DNA from: an uncultured Planctomycetaceae bacterium
GTDB taxonomy: Bacteria; Planctomycetota; Planctomycetia; Planctomycetales; Planctomycetaceae
Assembly: GCA_963815195.1 (NCBI GenBank)
Contig: CAWFGE010000009.1
Span: 40,989 to 104,988, forward strand
Direction of reading: 5' to 3'
Length of the DNA stretch: 64,000 nucleotides
Both the position numbers and the translations under genes were made by a program. Below the pieces are notes generated by a model that did no database searches, was not told the origin of the DNA, and saw only the letters and a program-made list of their open reading frames with translations. Position 1 is the first letter of the stretch. Each line of letters begins with the position of its first letter. Of the stretch, positions 10,084 to 22,300 are shown piece after piece.

Positions 10084-12760
10084 TCAGTTGATTACTGTTC
10101 GCAAAATAGCTTTTCCTTTCTTAGTGAGTTCATAAACCGCCTTTCCATTTCCAAATGGCACCAAAATTGAATCAGCACGTCTTGGATCCGCAATTGTACC
10201 TACCGGTAAGCCATTCTGGTTGATGGATTTGGTCAGAGATCTTAACCCCGCACTGGCTGACTTTGTATCAGGGGACACACCTCGTTGAAATGCTCGCTCT
10301 GCTGCATGCGCTATATCTGAATTGAGTGCCTTTTTAAGTCGAGGTAAACCAAGATGATCTAGGAGGCTATCTGTTGCAGAATGTACGTTAGGCAGTCCGG
10401 GGCCGAGGGGATATGTATTATGCACTAATGCGCCAAGGTGGCCCACCCGGTAAACATGTTCGCCCCACACTTCCAGGTTGTAAACAACCTCCGGCCCCGC
10501 GCGGGGCGTGATGCTTGTGATGCGGCAGGTGCCTTGCAGGCGGGTGTGGACCTGTTCGCCTTCTTTGAGCATTTCGGCCGGGACGAATTCCTGGCGGTCT
10601 TCTGACCACCACAAATGGTTGGGGGTGGTGCCGATTTTTTCCCGGCCGTCGATTTCGATGTCTAGGATGCGATTCACATGGTGACGGAAGATGCCGGTGA
10701 CCAGTGGTCCCTTGCCGGGAGCGGGCTCGGGACAGGGATCAATCGAAACGATCTTCGCTAACCCGACCACTCCCATTTCGGGCATTGACAGAGGGACGGA
10801 TGCACATGGTTGGGCATCGGCGGCCGCGATCCATTGCGGGGATCGCGCCAGATCGAACTCAACCTCTCCCCCGTTGGGTTTGGGAAGGCGGAAATGAATG
10901 AGCTTCCATGTTTTCGGATCCGGTTGCGGCAGATGGGGACCGACCTCCGAGCGAATCGGATTTCGGCTTTCCGTGCGGTCAAAAATCTTGACTTCGCCGA
11001 TGGGCTTGGTATGCGGCGCACCGCTTGGCAACAGGAATGCCAGCGCCAAGAGCAGCGTCACAATCCCGCCCGTCACGCCGGCCCAAGCGCGGCCGACCCA
11101 CTTGGGCGGCTGATTTTTCTTCCTGGAACCTCTAGGCTTAGGTTTTGGCTTGACGGGCGATTCCATTGGAACGGCTTCGATATTTGCAATCGGTCGGGAA
11201 ATCAGCGGCGGCTCTTCCTCTAGCGTATCAAGAGAATTGCCTTTCGTGAACTCCAGAAACACTTCCGCGCGGGCAGCTTCGTCTGTCTCGACAACGGCCG
11301 GTCCTTCGCCCGCAAAGGCCGGTTGCAATTTTGCAGTGCTCTGGCCGGGGAAGAGTTTGTCGAACAGTTCTTCCAGCTTAACGAGCAGTTCGCCGAAGGG
11401 CATGAAGTTCGTCAAACTATTCGCGAAGGGATCGAATTCCTCGGGCAGGTCTTCCCCGACGCCCAGCGAGTTTCCATAGCGCTTCTTCCACAATTCGTAG
11501 GCCATCGGGCTTAAGATCAAGATCCCCAATGCGCTCACGACCAAAAACACGTTCAGCTTCTCGCCGCCTTCGCCATCGAGGTGCACTTCGGTTTCGTACA
11601 CGAAGCAACCCCTTCCTGTGAAGATCTTGCGAACGGGGCAGGGCAAGAGCTCGGCCACCGCTTTGCCGACCGCCGGGAGTTTGAGGAACTTGCTCACTGG
11701 CCGGGCGATGAACGCGGCCGCTTTGAACAAGCCCTTCCCCACGAAGCCGACGAGTTTCCCGAACCCCGCAGCAACCGGCGTGAAGGAGAACGCCAGCGTC
11801 ATCGTGCCTTCAAACATTCGGCCGCGAGCGAAGTAAATCGTGGCATTGACTCTTTCGATCCAGTTGCTGATCGCCGTCCCTACGACCGGCACAAACGACG
11901 CCTTCAATGCCAAAATGTGCAGTTCGTTTTGCAACACGTCCAGCACGTATTCGTTGGACTCCTTGATGAACGTGCCCACGAAAATTTCGGTGTAATGCAA
12001 TTGCTGGTTTTCGAGCGATTCGATTTTGGCGGACTTTTCCAAGTCATATTGGTCTTTGAGGGCCTGGGAATCGGCTATCACCAGCGACATCGTGGCCTGG
12101 TTGGAATTGATCCGGTTCGCCACGTCGCGTTCGGCGGCGTCTTCTTGCCGATGAGCTTCCGCGGCTTCGTCCGCCTCGCGGGCCCGCAGGTTGCGCTCGG
12201 CGGAGGTCAAGTCGTGCTTGGCCTGGGCCATTGCCCGGTTTGCCTGGGCCTGGGCCTGCTGAAGTGCCAAGGTCGCCTGGTTTTTGATGTCCTGGAGGAT
12301 CGCCTGGCCTTCGGTCTGCTCCTCAGTCAACTCGGCAATCGCCTTTTGCAGCATGTCGTTGACGTCGGCCTTTTCCGCCGCCAATACGGCGAGCGTCTCC
12401 GTCAAGGCCGCTTGCAAGTCCTGTTTGAGTTCCTGGAGGGACTGCTCGGCATCCTTGGTCAGCGAGAGGAAGCGGCCGATGGGGGCGACCGGCAGGGCCG
12501 GGTCTTCCACGAACGGCGAGCGGTTGTACTCGGCTAACACGCCGATGACCTGGGCGCTGATCGTGGCCAGCGAGCCGAGTTCGGTGCCGGTATAGATCTC
12601 GCCGATCATGTCGTAGGCGTCGAGCGAGCCGTTGATGTCGTTCCAGACCCACACGTGCCAGATGCTGCCGTAGCCGTCGTTGGGGTCGGGATCGGCGGAG
12701 GGATCGCCCCCGGTGCCCGCCGTGGCCCAGCCCATAAACGACCCGTAGGCCACCAGATAG
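10084..12760 (-). CDS. Orphan toxin cassette 1: duplicated C-terminal ~2.3 kb of the main toxin + different tip (possible BECR-type RNase)
   Basis: Near-identical to about 13680-16020 from YLV[AT]YGSFMGW to LVHN; unique AT-richer tip (HAAERAFQRG..AVYELTKKGKAILRTVIN); no credible start codon of its own. Confidence 0.8.
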
Positions 12761-12788
12761 GAGCAACCTTTAAGCTCATCCGTCGAAG

Positions 12789-13325
12789 CTACGCGCTTCC
12801 ATCGGAGTCGGGCCAAACACGTGAAAAAACGTCTTCGAGTATCGGATCGTTGTTGTCTAGTGGGCACCAATCGTCGGGCGGGGTAGCAGATTCAATCTCG
12901 TCCCACGTTCGTTCCTGGAGTTTCTTCCAATCATCATATTCCCATCCAGAGTAAGAAACGAAGCTGGGCGTGGGCCACCTCGTTCGGGCATCGATGCGTC
13001 GTTCTCGAAGCCTCTTGCCACGATTCCATCCGTGTCGCAAGTACTGGCATAGAGTTCGGACAAGTGCCTCCATAAAGGCCTCACGAAGCTTTCCCTTGCT
13101 GTCTGCGTCAACATAGAAGGCTTCCTCGAACTGCCTTAGTGCGAGAAATTTTGCATCGTCTGCGCCTGCTGTCTGGCGCAGACTGCCGAACATTTCACCA
13201 AAAGACTCACCCCCTCTCGACATTACAAATGCAAACGCATCATCATAGCCCAAGCGTTGGACTAATGAACGAAACCTCTGTTGCCAATCTGAATTCCAAG
13301 CTTCCATCGCCATGTCAATCCTCAA
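12789..13325 (-). CDS. Cognate immunity protein of the main toxin
   Basis: Overlaps the toxin stop; W..DWQQRFRSLVQRLGYD..PPDDWCPLDNNDPIL resembles genes found next to myxobacterial DUF2380 toxins. Confidence 0.7.
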   Translation of the reverse strand: MRIDMAMEAWNSDWQQRFRSLVQRLGYDDAFAFVMSRGGESFGEMFGSLRQTAGADDAKFLALRQFEEAFYVDADSKGKLREAFMEALVRTLCQYLRHGWNRGKRLRERRIDARTRWPTPSFVSYSGWEYDDWKKLQERTWDEIESATPPDDWCPLDNNDPILEDVFSRVWPDSDGSA

Positions 13326-16300
13326 TCAGCGTAGGGCAGGATCGGCACGTCCCTCAGTCCCATTTCTCGCATGAACCTGTACCCTTCCTTCCAGATTTCC
13401 CTCGGTGTCAATTGTCGACCCGCCTTCAATTCGGCAGCCGCGAGTCTTTCCATCATTCGTTCGTTCCACTTCATCGTGTGTAAAGCCGAGTGGGTTCCTT
13501 GGTCAAGAGCAACGGTGACTTTATCGATGTCAAAGCCGCGATTTCTGAACCACTGACGATTCTCCTGGGGAAAGATGTGGTGACGCGGGGGACGCGCGCC
13601 GCCAGCACCAACCTTGTTCGTGATTCGCAGATTACGTTTTGCTAATTGCTCCGTGACGTCGTCGGGATATACATTGTGCACTAACGCGCCCAGTTGGCCC
13701 ACCCGATAGACATGCTCTCCCCAGATTTCCAGGTTGTAAACAATCTTCGGCCCGGCCCGGGGCGTGATGTTGGTGATGCGGCAGATCCCGTGCAGGCGCG
13801 TGTGGACCTGTTCGCCTTCTTTAAGCACTTCGGCCGGGACGAATTCTTGGCGGTCTTCGGACCACCACAGGTGGTTGGGGGTGGTGCCGATTTTATCCTG
13901 GCCGTCGATTTCGATGTCTAGGATGCGGTCTACATGGTGGCGGAAGATGCCGGTGACCAGCGGCCCTTTGCCGGGAGCGGGTTTGGGACAGGAACTCATC
14001 GAAAGCACTTCGGCTAAGCCGACGACGCCCATTTCGGGCATTGATAGAGGGACCGATGTGCCGGGTTTAGCGTTCGTGGCCGCGATCCATTCCGGGGAAC
14101 GCGCTAGCTCGAAATCGATTTCTCCGCCTTCGGGTTTCGGAAGGCGGAAATGAATGAGCTTCCAAGTTTTGGGATCCGGTTGCGGCAGATGGGGATCGAC
14201 CTCCAAGCGCACCGGATTGCGGCTTTCCGTTCGGTCAAAGATCTTGACTTCGCCGATGGGCTTGGTGTGCGGCCCGCTGCTTGGCAATAGAAATGCGAGC
14301 GCCAACAGCCCCGTCACTATCCCGCCCGTCACGCCGGCCCAGGCGCGGGGAATCCACTTGGGCGGTTTGTTTTTCTTTCCCGAATCTCTCGGTTTTGGTT
14401 TCGACTTGACAGGCGCTTCCATTGGAACGGCTTCCAGATTCGCAATCGGTCGGGAAATCAGCAGCGGGCCTTGCTCCAGTGTATCCAGCAAATGGTTTTC
14501 CGTGAACTCCCGAAAGACTCCAGCATGGGCGATTTCGTCTGCGTTATCTCTTGGGGGACTCGCTACTTCACCCGCGAAGGCCGGTTGCAATTGCGGCGTG
14601 CTCTGGCCGGGGAAGAGTTTGTCGAACAGTTCTTCCAACTTGGCGAGTAGATCGCCGAAGGGCATGAAGTTCGTCAAGCTGTTCGCGAAGGGGTCGAACT
14701 CTTCGGGCAGGTCTTCACCGATCCCCAGCGATTTTCCATAGCGTTTCTTCCACTGGGCGTAAGCCATCGGGCTTAATATCAGAATCCCCAAGGCGGTGAC
14801 GACCAGGAACACATTCATCTTCTCGCCGCCCTCGCCGTCGAGGTGCACCTCGGTCTCATAAACGAAGCAACCCCTTCCCGTAAAGATTTTGCGGATGGGG
14901 CAGGGCAAGAGCTCGGCCACCGCTTTGCCGACCGCCGGGAGTTTGAGGAACTTGCTCACTGGCCGGGCGATGAACGCGGCCGCTTTGAACAAGCCCTTCC
15001 CCACGAAGCCGACAAGTTTCCCGAACCCCGCAGCAACCGGCGTGAAGGAGAACGCCAGCGTCATCGTGCCTTCAAAATACCGGCCGCGAGCGAAGTAAAT
15101 CGTGGCGTTAACTCTTTCGATCCAGTTGCTGATCGCCGTCCCCACGACCGGCACAAACGACACCGCCGTTGCTATGAAGTGTAGTTCGTTTTGCAACACG
15201 TCCAGCACGTACTCGTTGGACTCCTTGATGAACGTGCCCACGAAGATTTCGGTGTAGTGCAATTGCTGGTTTTCGAGTGTCTCGATCTTGGCGGACTTCT
15301 CCAAGTCGTATTGGTCTTTGAGGGCCTGGGAGTCGGCTATCACGAGCGACATCGTGGCCTGGTTGGCGTTCACGCGGTTGGCCACGTCGCGTTCGGCGGC
15401 GTCTTTTTGCCGATGGGCCTCGGCGGATCCGTCCGCCTCGCGGGCCCGCAGGTCGCGCTCGGCGGAGGTCAGATCGTGCTTGGCCTGCGCCATCGCCCGG
15501 TTCGCCTGGGCCTGGGCCTGCTGCAGCGCCAAGGTCGCCTGGTTTTTGATGTCCTGAAGGATCGCTTGGCCTTCGGTCTGCTCTTCGGTCAAGTCGGCAA
15601 TCGCCTTTTGCAGCATGTCGGTGACGTCGGCCTTTTCCGCCGCCAATATGGCGAGCGTCTCCGTCAGCGCCGCTTGCAGATCCTGTTTGAGTTCCTGGAG
15701 CGACTGTTCGGCATCCTTGGTCAGCGAGAGGAAGCGGCCGAGGGGGGCGACCGGCAGGGCCGGGTCTTCCACGAACGGCGAGCGGTTGTACTCGGCTAAC
15801 ACGCCGATGACCTGGGCGCTGATCGTGGCCAGCGAGCCGAGTTCGGTGCCGGTATAGATCTCGCCGATCATGTCGTAGGCGTCGAGCGAGCCGTTGATGT
15901 CGTTCCAGACCCACACGTGCCAGATGCTGCCGTAGCCGTCGTTGGGGTCGGGATCGGCGGAGGGATCGCCCCCGGTGCCCGCCGTGGCCCAGCCCATAAA
16001 CGACCCGTAGGTCACCAGATAGATGATGTTGTCAAAGGCGTACAACTGGGCGTCGATCGTGCCCACGGCCCAGGCGCTGAGGTCGTCCCCGGCGGTGATG
16101 TTCCCCGACAGCGTGCCGTAACTGATGAGGTACACGTCATCGCCGGCGGAGCCGAACGCGGTGAGGGCTTGCGTGGCCATCAACTGGGCCAGTCCGTCCA
16201 CGTCCATGTTGGTGACGCTCAAGAAGCCGAAGCTGGTGGCGTTGAAGTTGCCGCCCGCAGTCACGTCGGCCGTGACACCGAGCCCGAAGAGTTCCACACT

Positions 16301-19300
16301 CCCGCCCGCGATGATCGTGATATCCAGGAAACCGCCGATGCTGGCGGCCAGCACCTCTTTGGCGGCGCTCGCATCCACGTCCGCATTGCCGTTGCTGAGC
16401 ACTGTCACGGACTCGTTTGTGGAGGTGAGCGAAAGCGAGGTCAGCCCAGCCTCCGACCAGGCGAACACATCATCCCCGGCGGTGGCGGTCGTGGTGGTGA
16501 TCTGTCCCAGGGCGAACAAGTTCAGAGTGCCACCGACCGAGATCTGCATGCTGTTGATGGCGTCGAGCGATCCCACGTCCGCCGATCCGCCCGCCGTGAC
16601 GGTCCCGGTGAGCGAACCCGTGGCGAAAACGTCGGCTTCGCCGGCCGTGGCGATAATGTCCCCGTTGTAGCTGCCCATCACATTGACCGAGGCGGACTGG
16701 CCGGCCGAGACGCTGCCATCCGCATCGCCGAAGGCCAGGAGGTCTGCGAAATCGCCCGCATCGATCGTCCCGGAGTATGTGCCCAGCGCAGTGACGGAAG
16801 CCGAGCCACCCGCGGTCACGTCGGATTCCAATGTCTGCCCGTAGGAAGCCACGGTCGCATCGCCGCCGGCCGAGACATTCCCGGTCAAATCGGACAGGGA
16901 GACGACGTCCGCATCGCCGCCCGCGTTGACATCGCTGCTAAGGTTGCCGACAGTCGTCACGGTGGCCTTGCCCGTGGTGGCGGTGACGGTTTGGGACAAC
17001 TCTCCGAGCACCCAGACGTCCGCGTTCCGTCCGCCCGTGACCGTGGCCGTCAAATCGGAGTATACGGTGACGGTGGCATCCTGGCCTGCCGAGACGGAGG
17101 CCACCGCCATTGAATACACGGTCACGTCCGCATCCTGGCCCGCCGTGACGGGATTGGAGAGTTGGCCGAAGGACCACACGCTCGCATTGCGGTCCGCGTC
17201 CACATTGGCTCCGACCTCCCCCCACACGGTCGCGTCCGCATCGCGGCCCGCATCGATCGCCCCCGACAGATCGGAAAACGTCCACACGGAAGCGTCCAAG
17301 CCGGCCGTCACGTCGCCGTCGACGTTTCCGCCGGCCAGAACACTGGCGGATCCCGCCGTGGCGGTGACATTCCCGGAAACAACAAGGATTGCGGAAGCGG
17401 ACGCATTCCGCCCGCCCATGACATCCGCACTGATGTTTTGCAGCGCGACCACCAAGGCATCCCGGCCGGCCGTGATGGCGGCATTGGAATCGGCATGGGT
17501 GGTCAAGGACGCATCGCGGCCTGCATCGATCGTCCCTGCTGCACTGACCGTGCCTTTGGAGAACACCGAAGCGTCCTGTCCAGCGTCAACCGCCGCCTGG
17601 AGGGCGCCAAACGTTGAGCACGTTGGCATCGCCCATTTCTGCGGTCACGGCGGCCGTCACATTGCCAAAGGCGAACACGCTGGCATTTGCGCCGGCCGTC
17701 ACGGATTTCGTAAGTTGTGCGGAGGTTGTGACCGTGGCATCTCCCGTGACGGCGGTGATCGTGCCGGAAATATCGCCATCGAGCGCCGCGCACGGTGGCA
17801 TCCGTCCCACCCTCGATCGTCGCCGAAACCGCTTTGCCAGCGAGCACGCTCGCGGATTCCGCGGCGTTGACCGAACCGGCCACATCTCCTTTGGCGGCGA
17901 CGCTCGCGGAACCCCCGGCGGACACGGTGCCATTGAAATCTGCCAGGGAGATCACATCCACGCCGCTTCGATCGGACGTGTATGTGCCCGTGGTGGCGGT
18001 TTCGTCCTCGGCGAGCGACCCGGCGTCGATGTATTCCCGCGCTGGAAGGTTCCGGTCAGATGGTTTTGAGCGAAAACGTCCAGCCCCCCCTGGTAACTCC
18101 GCACATCCAAATCCACGGTGTCCAAACCGGTGATCGTGATCTGATCGCGGGCCCGGACTTTGCCGTCGAGCGTGCCGAACACGACAAGCGTGGCTTCTTG
18201 GGGATCGCTGCCGGAAGACGAGGACGAACCGGCACAAGCCTCCAAATTCGCGTTCCCTCCCGCGAACACGTTGACGGAACCTTGTTGGGCGATGCCGACC
18301 GTGCCATCGTTGATGTTCGTCGCACGGAAATGCCGACATCCCCTTCTTTGGATGTAATGTTGGCCTTGAGGTCCGTCGCTCCGGTGACGCTGGCATCCTG
18401 TTGGGCGGTGATGGTCGCTCCGCTGATCGTTTTATTTCCCCAAAGCGATGCGCTCCCGGCGTCTGGAGGTGATCGTGATATTGGAAACGGTATCCCAACC
18501 GGTCACGGAAGCGTATTGCCCCGCCTCGACTTCCCCACCGCTCAGTTTCCCTTGGGCGATGATGGTGGCATTCCCGGCGGCGTCCGTCTTGGCATCTGTG
18601 ACCGTTCCAAACGCCTCAATTTGGATATCGCCCGAGGATGTGACGGTGGCCCTGTGATCCCCGTGCACGGTCATGCTGGCGACAGCGACGAAACCGGGCG
18701 GTGGTGGATCAGTGCCCTCGGTGCCTGCGTTGATCGTGCCGCTCAGATTGCCCCAGACATCCAAGCTGATACTTCCGGAAGCATTCAGCGTAGCATTCAA
18801 ATCGCCCATCACGAGCGCATTGATGTAGCCATTCTGCCCGTGACGCTGACGCCTTGTTCGACCGATTCCCAAGAGGTAATATCCACAAACCCGCCGGCTG
18901 TGATCGTGGAGTCTTTTATCCCCTCACCGACTTCGATGGAGATTGCACCTTCATCTGCCGTGACGTTCCCATTCAAGTCGGCCCAACTCTTTACGGCGAC
19001 GCCACCGCTCGAATGAACCGTGCCGGTGATCGACTCCAGCGCACGGTTGCGATCCAGGACTCATCATCACCTGTGGTGGTCAAGTCGCCTTTCATGGCCC
19101 CGTACGTCATCAAGTCAATCGACGTATTTGCGGTAATGTCAGCAGAGGAGTCCCCCACGGCTTTCACCGTGACCGAATCCGCATTGGTGATGGTGCCCTT
19201 TAATGCATTGGATTCAATCTTCACCTCCCCATCGGCCTGCGAGTTGAGATCCACGTCTCCCGCCGCGTAGACGGTGAGTTCGCCGACGTTACTCCCAATG

Positions 19301-22300
19301 TTGGTGTTGCGGATCCCGTCATAGGTAACGAGTTCGACTTTAGAAACGAGATACTGTTCGCCATACGAGGGATTGATGTCGGGAGCCTCAATGGTATCTT
19401 TTGCGATCAGCCAGGCCTTTCCGACAAAGCGCAACTTTTTGACGTCCATCTTGCCCGTGCTGAAGACAAATGGCGAGGAAGTGGCAGCTTCGATGAGTTC
19501 CGTGCGGATGTAATTGCTCTCCACCGTGGCAGTTATTTCTGCTTCGACTTTGGATGTAATGGTTCGCATGGCCTGGTCCGTGACGGACCCTTTCTTGCTG
19601 ATCACGTCGCCCTTGGAGTCTTGATACGCCCAAATGTTGGTGTCGCCTTCGCCTTGCACTTTCTTGGTGACGGATCCCCACGAAATCACTTCGACGCTCC
19701 CCGCTTTTCCGATGACATCGCCCGTTACGGAACCGTAGGCTGTGATGATGACGCCGCCCCCATTCGCGGTCACGTTGTCGCTCACCGTATCCCAGGATTC
19801 AAGAGTGATCGAACCCGTTTGGGAAACAATTTCGCCTTCAATCGGTCCCAGGGCCCAGACCACCCCCAGGCTTCCGCCGGCCTCAATCCCGTTGGAGATC
19901 TTGCCGAACACCGTGACGTCGCCGATGTTGCCACCCGCCTTGATGTGGCCTTCAATTTGCCCCTCGATCCCGAGAAAGGGATATTGTCCGGTTTGGGCCG
20001 CGTATAAGACCCAGGCCTCTTTGACCCGGTAACCATTCCAAACCCGCCTGCGGCAGGGCGTCATTGCTGTAAACGGATTCCTGGGCGGAAACCACCATTC
20101 CCCCAAGGCCAGAATTGCTCCGATATTTCCCGTCGCAGAAACGTCGTTTTTGATGCTGCCGCCGCGGGAGGTTCCCGAAGTGATTTCCCCAATATCTTCA
20201 CCCGAATTGACGCTCGCGCCAATATTCCTTACCGGCCTGGACGAGCCCGATATCTCCTGAGGTTGTTTTAATAGTTCCATTGATGTTTCCGGCGGTCGAT
20301 GTGATGCCAGTCAATGTCTGCGCATCCGCATCGCTTCCGATCCGCTCGTCCGCCGAAATCGACCCGTTAATATCATAAGTCGCTGAGATCGAATCGATGT
20401 TGTTTCCGGCAGAGATCTCGGCATTGATGGATCCAAAATAGGCCGTCACGCTTCCAGAGATCCCTCGGAGGCGGTGATGGTGCCCGTGATGGACCCAGAT
20501 CCCGTGTAGCCTCCGTACCCGCCCGCTTCGATGGCGTCAATATCCGTCTGGGCCGTGATGGTGGCATCTTCGATGGAGCGGTCGGCGTCCACGGACGTGA
20601 TTTTCCCCGCCGTGCTTTCAATGGTCGGGGAACCTGCAGAACCTGTAATGGACCCGCCGGTCACCAGGTAGGCGGCCGCCTCAACCTCGCCAATGTCGCC
20701 CACCGCGCTGATAGTCGAATTGGTAATATCTCCGCCGCGGCGAATCAAAAATCGTCCCCGAGGATCCACCGGCACAGCCGGCTTGCACTTTGGCAATGCC
20801 GCCCGTGTCGGCCATAATATCCCCGGTCAGGTTCCCGCCCGCGGTCACATGATCGGTAATGGACACCGCGCGGATGCTTCCCGTAATGTCCCCACCGGCC
20901 TGTACATACTGAATGTCTCCCCGGCGGTAATCGTGCTTTCGATTTTCTGGTCCGCATCGACCGTATCGATTGTCCCGCCGGCCGTAATGTCGCCCGTCAA
21001 ATCGTCATCCGCATCGACGGTAGTGATGTTTCCATCCGCATCGACCGTCATGGTGAGATTGCGTCCAGAATCGAGCGTACCGATCCCGCCGGTCACATCG
21101 ATGCTGCCGGAAAGATCGAGCCCGGCGGTGACGGAGGTAATCCCCGCACCCGAACCAGTCGTGGATATTATCGCATCGACAGTGCGTCCCGCGGTAATTG
21201 TCCCAATTGACGTCCCCGCAGTGATTGTCCCGCGGACATTCCTGGTGGCGGAAACCGATCCCACCGCGTCACTGGCCGTGAGGCTCACACCGCTTCCGAA
21301 ATCTCGCACTGGCCGAGGTCACATCTCCGTCTGTCGCATCGAGTGAAGCGGTCAAAGTTCCACCGGCGTCCACCGAAACAGACGCCGCAGTGATGGTGCC
21401 ATCAACATCCCGTCCGGCGGTGAGGCTCAATCCTCCGTAGCCTCCGTACCCACCCGAGGAACTGCTGCCGTCCGCCGTCAAGTCCGCTTTGCTGTCCCAC
21501 CCGACCGTCACCGAGTTGATATAATTCCCGGCGTGGATCAAAGCCGTGCTGTCGATATTGTCCGCCACAGTGATGGTGGAGATATCGCCGGCGGCATCAA
21601 CCGTCCCCGCGACGCCGCCATACGCCTCGACTTCCTCGATGTCCCCACCCGTCGCCTTCACGCTGCCTGCAGACGTCAAATCGCCGTCCACGTGCACTCC
21701 TTGATATATCGTCCCGCCTGCCTGCACTTGAGCGCTGATGTCCCCGCCAACCCAGACGGCAAAGTCGCCCGAATTGGGATCCCCAATGTCTCCCCCGGCG
21801 GTCAGATTCGCGCGTGATGTCCGTATTCACGTGCGTGTTGAATATGGCCCCTCCCGCATCCACTGTGCTATCCAGGACGTATAGGCTGAGGTCGCTGATA
21901 TCTCCTGTAGCATCCACCGATTGGGTTTGCCTGGCGGTGAGGGAGCCAATATCTCCGCCAGCGGTCACAGTCCCGATCTGACCGAAGCCACTTGCCGAAG
22001 ACCAGCATCCGCCATATCCGCCATAGGCGCTGGCGGAGGTGACATCGCCCGTGGCCGTGATATTGCCGATGTTGTCGGCGGACACAGAAACGTTGAGCCC
22101 GGAAACGTTTGTGACATTCCCACCTGAGAAAACAGAAACATTCCCGCCCGCCGAGACGTCATTGACAATGTCCCCGTCCGCACTGAGGGACAAGTCGCCG
22201 CTGGAGCTGCCATTCCACGTGAGTTGTCCGCCGGAAACACTCACGCCCACATCGGAACCGCTTCCCGAGACGGTGACGGTTTGCCAGCCCCAATCATCGA

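Noticed and set aside
10084..16020. Diversity-generating retroelement template/variable repeat pair
   Set aside because: Differences between copies do not appear adenine-specific, the repeat is over 2 kb, and no reverse transcriptase is present.
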